Shown here one piece after another: positions 25,199 through 37,272 of a stretch of DNA of 64,000 nt. The notes below the pieces were generated by a model. That model saw nothing but the letters and a program-made list of their open reading frames with translations. It did no database searches and had not been told where the DNA came from. Each line of letters opens with the position of its first letter. The stretch's first letter is position 1. This DNA is from Octopus sinensis (lineage: Eukaryota): assembly GCF_006345805.1 (NCBI RefSeq), contig NC_043000.1:108872001-108936000 (forward strand), given 5' to 3'. The translations under genes were made by a program, and so were the position numbers.

Positions 25199-25409
25199 AA
25201 CGATGATAATGACACAACCGATAATCGTAATCGATGGGAATTGACTTTTGTTTTTGTTATTTTTCTCTCCATCTTTTCGCTTCAGACAGAATTTGTTGAT
25301 GTTGGGTATTGATAGAAAGTATTCCCATCGATAAACACCAAATACATTTGTTTTTGCTCAAGTTTGCGTATCTTAAAGCCATCCCAAACATGAAACCGAA
25401 AATATCTTT

Positions 25410-25464
25410 CGGGTGTCTTACGGGTGTCTTACGGGTGTCTTACGGGTGTCTTACGGGTGTCTTA
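25410..25464. repeat. 11-bp tandem repeat (CGGGTGTCTTA) x5
   Basis: Direct reading. Confidence 0.95.
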
Positions 25465-25497
25465 TTGCACTTAGTCTGCCATAATTTCTTCATTATG

Positions 25498-25650
25498 TGG
25501 CTAGGGTTTAGACTAATAGTTAGGGTGTTCGATTCATGATCATAAGGGGTTGGGTTCAATTTCTGGATAGAGTAGGGATTTAAGTCCTTGAGCAAGGCTC
25601 TTCATTTCCCGTTGTTCCAGTCTTATTCAGCTGTAATGAATACCAACTGA
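25498..25650 (+). mobile_element. Decayed tRNA-derived SINE
   Basis: tagttagggtgttcgattcatgatc..gggttcaatttctgg..ccttgagcaaggctcttcattt resembles the 13631 element and CORE-type SINEs. Confidence 0.45.
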
Positions 25651-25866
25651 ATTCTGGTGCATCCATTCTCTCTCCCCCTCCCCTCTCTCCCCCTCCCCTC
25701 TCTCCCCCTCCCCCCTCTCTCTGTAACATTCTGGATGCATGGACGAGTGAAGGCCGAGGGAGGAGAGAGTGTAGCTACGTCTGCTAGAGACTACATAAAC
25801 ACTTAGAATAATTAACAAAAATATGGACCATGATTTCGTTAAATGTATTTAAGTGATCCAGTGTAC

Positions 25867-25905
<39 letters not shown>

Positions 25906-25977
25906 ATGTAGTGCCGGAGGTTGGAGGTTTCTCTCATTCTCGACAATCAACAGGACTTGAATCCCTGTGAACGTTGA

Positions 25978-26535
25978 CCCCCATCTCACACCCACTCTGC
26001 CCTACCCCCCTACCTTCTCCACACCCCACCAACACAAAGACAAACACAAGCACACAAGAGACCAAAAACTGCCCCTGCCCCGCCCCGTGAGAAAAAATGC
26101 GTTGTAAGATATGACGGAACAAATAGAGAACTTTACGACGAAATAGACACATGGGACAATGTAATAAAAATAAATACGAGAGGATATTTCAGATTAGCAT
26201 TGCGATACCATTGTATGGTGGCAAACTTGGAAAATTTGTCAAGAATAAAAGACTACGATAAGGACTCTGAATACTGGGTCCAGAAAACTGACAGCAGCCA
26301 ATTACCAAAGAGGATAGATTATCGTGATCTTCGCGATGATTATAATTAGATATTCTTCAGAAGGATGAAGATTAATTGTGTTTTAAAGTCGTACTAACAG
26401 GTAAGATATCGCTTGGAGGTGGGGCCGAACGGCTTCATTTCAGTTTTCATTTTCATCCCTTACATTCGTTTTTTTTTTTTGTCCCCACATGCTATTGTCC
26501 CCTCTATGCTGACCCCTTGTGGGTAATAAAGGATC
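25978..26535 (+). pseudogene. Stop-free 123-codon frame followed by a SINE-B-like tail; possible 3' end of an I-group LINE
   Basis: 25978-26349 is open but lacks an early ATG (..VVRYDGTNRELYDEIDTW..YFRLALRYHCMVANL..). 26493-26533 matches the SINE B tail. Confidence 0.35.
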
Positions 26536-27090
26536 CTTTACATTTAAGGATTACACATGCTGAAGAGAAAATGAATTATGGGACTTCTGTCTACACACAG
26601 CCATTATGGATTATTACAAAGGATTTTACCATGGATTTATATTATTTTTTCAAAATTTTTAGCCCAAGTTTCTACAAATACACGCCTATTCTAGGAACTT
26701 TTTAAACATCTTTATCATACGATTTTAAATAGCATCTCTCTCATTCGATTGACTACACGGAAATTCATCCTTTTCTCTGACGAGTGGATGTATTACCTAA
26801 TAATGATTATCAATTTTGGATTTCAATCTGAAGTGTAATACATACATGAAACGATCGTAAGACAGCTCAAACCTTTTTAAGTAATCCTAATTTATATATC
26901 TATCTATTTATACAATATTATTTATATTATGATCTTCAGTATATTTTGTGAGTTTTTGATGTAATTTTTCCAGCTTTTACTGTATACATATAATCGTTCT
27001 AATTGAATCTCTAAATAGCTTTAAGGTTTTAGACATTTCTCACATTAAGAGCACTTATCAGAAATCCAGCACACTTTATTCTCATTGAGT

Positions 27091-27139
<49 letters not shown>

Positions 27140-27364
27140 GTTTATAGTATTTATACCAAGAGAGGTGACCTTTTACAGGACGCCTTACATGCTAGAGAGG
27201 ACAGCCAAACCACGAAACCACGAAAAAGGGCCACCTCTCTGTTTATAAATATTACACACTTTTCTATATATGTTGTCTACTGACTTATTATGCATGCTGG
27301 CCACCGGCATGAAGGTTTTTCTAAATTTTCTACCCTTATAATTTTCACAGCATATATATATATA

Positions 27365-29525
27365 TATAAATTATTAATCTAACTCACAAGGAACTAACAG
27401 CAAACCAAATAAACATACTTTCCAAAGGACTCAAGTTTACACCCACCCCACAACACCCCAACTACAATGAAATGAAAGAAGACATCGCAGAATTCTGCAG
27501 AAAATTAAGACTTACTGAGGAGCTATACGATAAATACAACGAGGACGAATCGTTAGCCAGAAATAGGAGTAACTACACCCCCTCGAAAGGTAAGAATAAA
27601 ACACTTGATGATTTCTGTGACCACATATCAAATTACCCATATCAACATATGCACAAAAAAAAAACACAAACCAAACTTCAGCAAAAAAGAATGGGCTGAG
27701 TTGAACAAATTAAAACTAGATAAAACAATAACAATCAAAGAGGCCGATAAAGGGAGTGCTGTTGTCTTAATGGATACGACATTTTACATAACTTTGGTAC
27801 TTTCTATGCTGGAAGACACAACATACTATGAAAAGGCACAAAACTACAGTCAACAAAAAATAATGAGGGAACTAAAATCCATATTAAACCCATACAAAGC
27901 AGGGCTCACCGACAAAGAATATGATTATATGACCAATTTCACAAGTAAAACCAGCCAATTCTACGGTATACCTAAGATACACAAAAGTGAGAAAATAAGC
28001 AACGCATGCAAGATAGCTACAGACAAAATAATTAAAGTCCCTAATCCTAATGACCTCAAATTGAGACCCATAATAGCAGGTCCCGCATGCGAAACCCACC
28101 GCCTCAGTAACTTTTTAGACACCCTGTTAAAACCACTCCTCAAACATGTCAAAAGCTATATAAGGGACGACTTAGATATGCTCAATCACCTACCGAATAC
28201 TATAAAAAAAACACCATACTGGTATCCTTCGATGTAGTCAACCTCTACTCCAATATCCCCCACAACCTAGGACTAGAGGCAATCCAATTCTGGCTAGAGA
28301 ATCACGCCAACGAACTACCACACCGCATCAAAAAAGAATTTGTGATAGAAGGGGTTAAATTCATCCTGGAAAATAACTTCTTCGCCTTCAATGACAACTT
28401 CTACCGACAAAAATCGGGGACTGCGATGGGTACACGAATGGCCCCCTCCTTTGCCAACCTAGTCATAGGATACCTAGAGATCAGTCTGTATCGTAAGGTT
28501 CTAGAAAGATATGGCAGCCCTTTCTCCATCTACATAGAAAACAACTGGAAGAGATATCTAGATGACTGTTTCATCCTTTGGCATAAAAATATAGAAAAAC
28601 TCATAGAATTCCAGAAAATTTTAAACGGACTGGACGTAAACATCCAATTCACGATGGAATATAGCCAACAACAACTCCCCTTCCTCGATATCCTCATTAA
28701 GAAAGCTAATAATATAATAGAAACAGACATATACTATAAGCCTACAGACTCTAAGCAATATCTTCCATTCAATTCATGCCACCCCAGACACACCAGGATG
28801 AATATCCCCTTCAATCTAGCAAAAAGGATATGCACTATAGTCTCTAACGCAAACACCAGAGACACACGACTACAAGAACTAAAAGATACCCTAATCACCA
28901 GGAACTATCCACCTTCACTTATTGACAAGTGCATTCAACGTGCCCTTCAACTTAACATCAAGGAACTGAGACATCCCAAATCAAAGAAAAACTTACAACC
29001 AAAAGCCTTACCATACATCTCCACACACAACCCTCTCAATAACGAAGCCTTCGACACCATCCTCCACAACATACCCCTCCTAAAAAAGACCACAGAATGA
29101 ACACAATCCTCCAAACACACACGATCATAAAAAGCAAAAGACAGCCTAGATCCATGAAAAGTCTCCTTACACAAACCCGAATTCACTCTTCAACACAGAA
29201 GCCGACAGTAAAAAAATGTGGAAGACCCAATTGCGGGATATGCGACTATCTAATCGAGGGTTCTGAGTTCTCCTTCAAACAGGGACAACGGTTTACAGTT
29301 AAAAGCAACTTCACATGTGCTTCGGAGAACCTAATATACTCACTAACCTGCTCCGGGTGCCAAGAGCAGTACATAGGCCAAACAAAAAATGGTTTGCGTA
29401 AACGAATGGCCCTGCACAGATCCCAGATAAAAATTCCCCAAAACAGAAAAATAGCTTTTAGCCAACACATAGATACTTGCGCCAACAAAAAAACACCAAA
29501 CTTCAGAATTTTCCCCCTCTACTAA
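27365..29525 (+). pseudogene. PLE reverse transcriptase + GIY-YIG endonuclease ORF, broken into at least 4 pieces
   Basis: LRPIIAGP, LVSFDVVNLYSNIP, GTAMGTRMAPSFANL, WKRYLDDCF, LPFLDI, YYKPTDSKQYL, NLIYSLTCSGCQEQYIGQT..RMALHR. Confidence 0.9.
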
Positions 29526-30320
29526 TTTAGGGACGATACAACCTCGAGACAAAGAATAAGTAAAGAAAATCTCTTTATTACAAAATACAAGCCACTTCTT
29601 AACGGGTCTACGACAAACAATTAATATACCTCAACTTTAGAATAAAAGAAAAAAATATATATACACACACAAATACTACACTCCATAGAATCCATTACTA
29701 ATCAGCCCCTTCATAGCTATATTTACACCCATTCATATTCTCCCTTCTCTGTTTTTTTCTTCTTCTTCTTCTTCCTCTTCTTCTTCATCATCATCGTTAT
29801 CATCATCATCATCGGCGTCATCATCATCGCCACCATCATCACCACCATCTTCTCCTTCTCCTCCTTCTTCTTCTTCTTCTTCTTCTTCATCATCATCGTT
29901 ATCATCATCATCACCACCATCACCATCATCTTCTCCTTCTCCTTCTCCTTCTTCTTCTTCTTCTTCTTCTTCTCCACCCCTACCCCTTAAGTTTGTCACT
30001 AATGTTTTTTAGTATAACACCTACGCTAATTCTATAAACAAGCCTGTCAATATAAATATTCTCCTGAATTGAACTGAGACTGCCAGCCGCCACTGACCAT
30101 TCAAAATACGACCATCAGGGCACTCCCAGATTCTCCCACCCCCCTTTCCTCACCAGCCTTCCCTCTACTACCCTACCAAGAACTCACAACTACCTCGAAC
30201 ACACAAGTGCAAACAAGGGAGTCAGAGAAAGGCAGAATGCCACTTAAATCTGAACACTACTATAGAAATATTCTTTTAAAAAAAACTTTTCTTCTAATTT
30301 TTCTAATTTAATTATTTAAT

Positions 30321-30368
30321 CGTTACAGTTGAAAAGGTCTCAAAATGACCGAAACCGGTACTGAAATG
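30321..30368 (+). ncRNA. Minimal type I hammerhead ribozyme, U3-A8 core variant
   Basis: CAG-TTGAAAA-GGTC(TCAAAAT)GACC-GAA-ACCGGT-A-CTG: helix I CAG/CTG, helix II 4 bp, palindromic helix III, GUA cleavage triplet ending at 30360. Confidence 0.75.
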
Positions 30369-30420
30369 TTCACTATAAAATTATTTTAGCATTTTCTATT
30401 TTTTACTTGTTTTTTCATAT

Positions 30421-30483
<63 letters not shown>

Positions 30484-30645
30484 AACGTATATATATATGT
30501 ATTCAGCATATATATATATATATTCAAACCAGGTGGTGCTATTAAGTTAGGCATGGCCTGGGCCAATAATGGCCGAAACCTATCAAAGTATCAAAGTATC
30601 AAAGTATATACACACATACATGCACATCTATTTGTGTTTGTCTGT

Positions 30646-30695
<50 letters not shown>

Positions 30696-30710
30696 GTATG
30701 TCTGTCTGTA

Positions 30711-30741
<31 letters not shown>

Positions 30742-30806
30742 TTGTTTGTCTGTCTGTTTATCTATCTATCTATCTATCTATCCATCCATCCATCTATCTA
30801 TCTATC

Positions 30807-30916
<110 letters not shown>

Positions 30917-31599
30917 CGTATCTATCTTAGTTTTCGTTGTTCATAAACAAAAGAGTCGATTGGTAAGTGCATTGTATTTATATGAATAGTTTATAAACCC
31001 GCTCAAATTTATTGTTACATGTGAGACCTTTGTCTTGGTCAATATATCGTGTTACATTCATAGACGTACACGTACACGCACGCGCACGTATTCTTTTCAG
31101 ACGCGTTGTTTATTGGATCTTTTGATGTTGTGACAGGGTGCAATAGACTTCATGATAAGGAAAACAATTGCTTTTCACCATTTACATTATTTTTTCTTTT
31201 TCAATATTTTGCTCTATAGTAATTGAGTTTCGATGCGTATATATGTGTGTATATGAGCATTCATGTGCGCACTTGCGTATGTTTCATTCTTTTCGTGCGT
31301 ACGAAGTGCTTATCCTACCTGCCGCGCTTATTGTACAGGCAGAGAAACAATTGCCTACCTCATCTCTTGCTGCTAGTCTCAGTTGAATATATTTATCGCC
31401 TTGATAGATTTCGTCAGTGTTTGCACTGGACTCCCAAATCAGAAGAACTGGTGGCGACATAAGCCCGTCAAAATAGTTGTAAATAAAGATAGCACTCCTA
31501 TTTGAGACTTTAATATTCAACCTATCGAGTTATTCAAGCCTATAGACAAGATCTTGTGTATAAAATCAAATTGACAGAACATGTTTCTTCATAGCTACA

Positions 31600-31790
31600 T
31601 CAATTCCAGTTGAATGCAATTCTGCGAAAAAGATCTTGAAATAAAAATCTTAAAAATGTGGCAACTGAGATCAACAACTGTTTTTGTGATCATCGGTGCT
31701 TTGGGGACAATACCAAACGGAGTTGTTAAACACTATGTCCAAATACCAGGAAACCCCAAAGTATCTTAAATACCAAGATTTATTCTCAAA
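31600..31790 (+). mobile_element. R4/Dong-clade LINE 3' relic
   Basis: KDLEIKILKMWQLRSTTVFVIIGALGTIP. Confidence 0.7.
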
Positions 31791-31989
31791 CTACTTCCAA
31801 CATTCTACGAAAAACACTGTCAACATGGCAATATCTGATAGTCTTAAAACTTTTTTTAAAATCGAAAATGTTATAAATTTAACGGAATCTTAATTCTCTG
31901 AATCTGGTTATTACAATATATCACTGCTGATCATAAGTAACAGTAAAAATTCCTGCCTGCTGCTGCCTGAGACCTGTGGGGCAGATTTG

Positions 31990-33153
<1,164 letters not shown>

Positions 33154-33629
33154 GACGACGGTGATAATGATTTTTTTTACTGGCCACCAGGGCTCAATAA
33201 ATTGAGAACTATATCAAAAAACGAAACTCAACACACAAAAAGATCAATTAAAATGAAAAATGAAAAACATCAACAACAAGAACATAACAAAAGAATTCAG
33301 AAAAATAAACAAATAAAATGCCCAATAGAGGATAGGGTCTGTGGCTCCTCTTGGGTAATACGGGGACAAGCCTACACAAGAAGTTTCGGATTACTCTTCC
33401 GTCTACCGAAGTCATCGCAAGAACTCGTAATGACTTCTTATATTGACATGAAACACTTTCGTAGCAAAAGAGAATATTTAATCAATAGAAGCGTCTCACA
33501 CTTCAGTTTATCGACTTTGGAAGAGTGAAACACAAATTTCTTACTGTTTGTTTCAAAAGTGTCTTCTCTCTCTCTCTCTCTCACGCATTCTCTTTATACA
33601 CATAAACACCAGCACACACATACACACAC

Positions 33630-33795
33630 ACCGCGAAATACTTCTCGCTCTTTCTTTCAGGTTTTTCCGTTCTGATTTTGCCTTCATCTTCTTCGGGGTC
33701 GATTAAATAAGTACCATCTGAGGACTGGGATCGATGTAATTGGCTTGTCCCACCACTAAAATTGCCGGCCTCGTGCCAAAATAATAAAAAGGGAT
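33630..33795 (+). mobile_element. SINE family B, diverged, alternative tail
   Basis: ttgccttcatcttcttcggggtcgattaaataagtacc..ggcctcgtgccaaaat. Confidence 0.6.
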
Positions 33796-34656
33796 GATTA
33801 GGATTAATTTCTACTAGTATTTTTGTTTGTATTATTATTGTTGTTGTTGTTATCATCGGTGATGGCGTTTTACTTATAATCTATTTTTGCTAATCTCTTT
33901 GAAAAACGAAGAAAATGCCGGAATTGATATTCAACTGTGGACATGAATATGTTTGAGAGGAGACCGGGCAAGTGGACATGAACGCGATGGATGACTATAT
34001 CACATGTTGCATGTAGATACACCGGATGCGACAGGTGATGCCGTTTCGTGCTTCGCGCGAGTGACCGGAAAGCGTAGAAAGCAGTGATTAACTTCAAAGT
34101 TTTCTTTAGAACAAGCCAGAAATAATGGCGGATGAATGACCGCACGTCTGATGTGAATTACTCGTGCCTTTACAAATTCGCAAACCACGCCTACTTGACA
34201 ACGGGAATTCAATTACATATTCGAACAATAACCTAGTTCAATGGACAATCAATCAGTAATTGTTGGAATTGAAAGCAGTGTACAAAAACAGCAAGATGGA
34301 ATTTAGTCATAAAGTCTGTTTACCGCTCTGATAAGGGAAAAGGTCATAACGCGCGTATCTCTTAGACAATAAGTTTTCTCAGAGAGGGGAAAAATAATTG
34401 TTCTCCCGGGCAAAGACAAAAGTTTGGAAATTTACAGCAGCATTCATACTCATCAATGTGTGGGGATGTGGACTTTAAACTTATAGGTTAGGGGGCAACT
34501 TTTACATTATGTCTTATTTATTTATTAGATTAATATAAAATTGCTAACCTTATCTTAGAACATAATCACTTCCTCACTGTATATATATATATATATATCC
34601 AGTTAAAAGAAGGAAAGAAAATGGAGATAAGGCAGTTAACAATTATTTATTAACAA

Positions 34657-34710
<54 letters not shown>

Positions 34711-36010
34711 ACACACATGCTCACATCTATCTATCGATCGCTCTATCGATCTATCTATGCACACATGCATACACACACGTGTATTTGTGTCTGTGCCCTT
34801 TAACTTGGAGAACAGTGATATTTCATTATAAGAGACAGGTTAAAAAGCAATATACTTTACATATATGGCAAGGAATGTAGGGAAGGACGAATGCATTTGG
34901 CTGAAATGTTTTTCGTTTGACGGTGGAATTGTGGGTCATAAAATGGTGTGTTACTTTCTTTATTGTGAAATGTATGCACGCGCGCGTGTGTGTAAGGGAA
35001 ATGAGGAAGAAAGAGAGAGGAGAAATGGAGAGAAAGAGAATAAAGAGGGAGAGAAAAGGGGAAACGAGAGGAGGTGAAGTTTAGATGCTCGAAACAATAT
35101 TTTGTGCTTGTGGAGGAAGATAAAAATACACAATCGCAAAAACTACGAAAATGTGCCTCCCCTCATGTTCACATTATTTGGTAGCATAAATATATAAAAA
35201 AAGTTTTTACAGCTAGTCGGATTAGGAACAGATAATTATAATTACAGTAGTTATAATTATAGACGTATGGATAAATAATTATAACTATAAACGCATAGAT
35301 AAACGGATAAAGAAATTGAGAATTCTATATAAGTAAATGCGAAGGCAGTGAAAACGAGATGAATGCTCTTACATTTGATTCCGGTTTGTCTCTCCTTGGA
35401 GGTTCAAATGTCATAGATGTGGAAAACAAACTGGTCTTGATGTGTATTTGTAGAATCTAGACCAGCTTCAGCTTGACATTGAAATTATTCCACAAAGACA
35501 TTGCTTACTTCACTTGAATTACTGTCACCTCTAAGCTATTTAAAATACATCTTATCCAACACCTACACACGTTCAGAAATCCTACTAAAATCAGACTCGA
35601 CATTACATACAAATATAACAAACACATAGATGCATGCATACACATACATACATACATACATACATACATACATACATACATACATACATACATACATACA
35701 TACATGCATGCATGCATGCATACATACATACATACATGCATGCATGCATACATACATACATACATACATACAACTGCAATCTGTGAGAGAAACACTAAAA
35801 ATATGCAAGACTATTCTCAAGTTCCAAATGTGAATTTGTCTATGTTAACTACATCCCAGAGATGGAGTCGTCTCTCTTTATTGGAAACCGGGTCCCACCT
35901 CAGTGGAAGATTTATAATAATTAAAAAAATAGAAGAGACCTACATACATGCACACAATCAGACAGCTAGCTAGTTACACAAATAGATAGCTAGATATGTG
36001 CACCTGTATA

Positions 36011-36062
<52 letters not shown>

Positions 36063-36569
36063 GAGAGAAAGATGACATTTGTTAAACAATGGTTAACTTT
36101 TTCTTCCTTTATTCTTTTCATTTTTCTCCCTTTCTTCATCTCATTTCCTCTTCCTGTTTCAAATTTGAGCTACCTCCTCTTTCTAATCATACACATCTCT
36201 CCTCCCTCGATCTATCCATAGATGCTAACAAAACATTCTCAAATTTCCATTCACACTACAGAACACTTTGGAACGAGAAACATTGAATCCACGGTTCAAT
36301 ACTTTGAAATGACTAAACACGAAATGCTATTAGAACTTAAATACCATGTACAAGTAGCAGTTTTACCAATTCTATACACCATTTTCCTCGAAAAATTGAA
36401 CTGCAACTACAAAATCTTTATATATCTATTCTATAATAATTAGAACTCAAATATCTTCTCAAAACGTCTCTAATGAAGGGATAGCCATAATACCACAGAT
36501 ACAGCTGTATGATAATTTCATTATATATGTCCAGAAAACTCTTCACAGCCTTGGATAAATATATATATG

Positions 36570-36624
36570 TGTGTGTGTGTGTATATATATCTATATATAC
36601 ATATATATGCCTATATATCTATGT

Positions 36625-36688
<64 letters not shown>

Positions 36689-36920
36689 TATGTCTATATA
36701 TCTATGTATATATATATATATATACATATATATGCCTATATATATATATACATATATATGTCTATATCTATGTATATATATATATATACATATATATGCC
36801 TATATATATATACATATATATGTCTATATATCTATGTATATATATATATGTCCATATATCTATGTATATATATATATATATGTCTATATATCTATGTATA
36901 TATATACGTCTATATATCTA

Positions 36921-36970
<50 letters not shown>

Positions 36971-37095
36971 GTCTATATATCTATGTATATGTATATATAT
37001 ACATATATATGACAATATATCTATGTATATATATATATATACATATATGTCTATATATCTATGTATATATATATACATATATATGCCTATATATC

Positions 37096-37135
<40 letters not shown>

Positions 37136-37184
37136 TATGTCTATATATCTATGTATATATATACATATATATATGTCTATATAT
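36570..37184. repeat. Composite TA minisatellite (TGTCTATATATCTATG motif), left flank of the 5S-LINE unit
   Basis: The same motif recurs at 41171-41590 and 41830-42280. Confidence 0.9.
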
Positions 37185-37272
37185 GATTGATTGATTGATT
37201 GATTCTAGTTTCAGCTCACGAGCTGTGGCCATGCTGGGGCACCGCCATTTGGTGTTGCTACATGGTTTTACT

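Larger units (their letters stand above)
27365..30415 (+). mobile_element. Penelope-like element, near-complete ORF plus long 3' UTR
   Basis: N-terminal IINL..LSKGLKFTPTP, RT and GIY-YIG motifs, 3' UTR with hammerhead; (TA)n at both ends. Confidence 0.9.

Noticed and set aside
27365-29525. Intact autonomous retroelement anywhere in the window
   Set aside because: Even the best-preserved PLE and LINE ORFs have stops or frameshifts, though some could be assembly homopolymer errors.
29723-29999. Poly-Lys and poly-Glu/Asp ORFs
   Set aside because: (CTT)n/(CAT)n repeats in the PLE 3' UTR.
31284-31520. Minus-strand frame with LAARDEVGN resembling an FN3/Ig strand
   Set aside because: Short resemblance only; no good acceptor; orientation opposite to the one credible exon.
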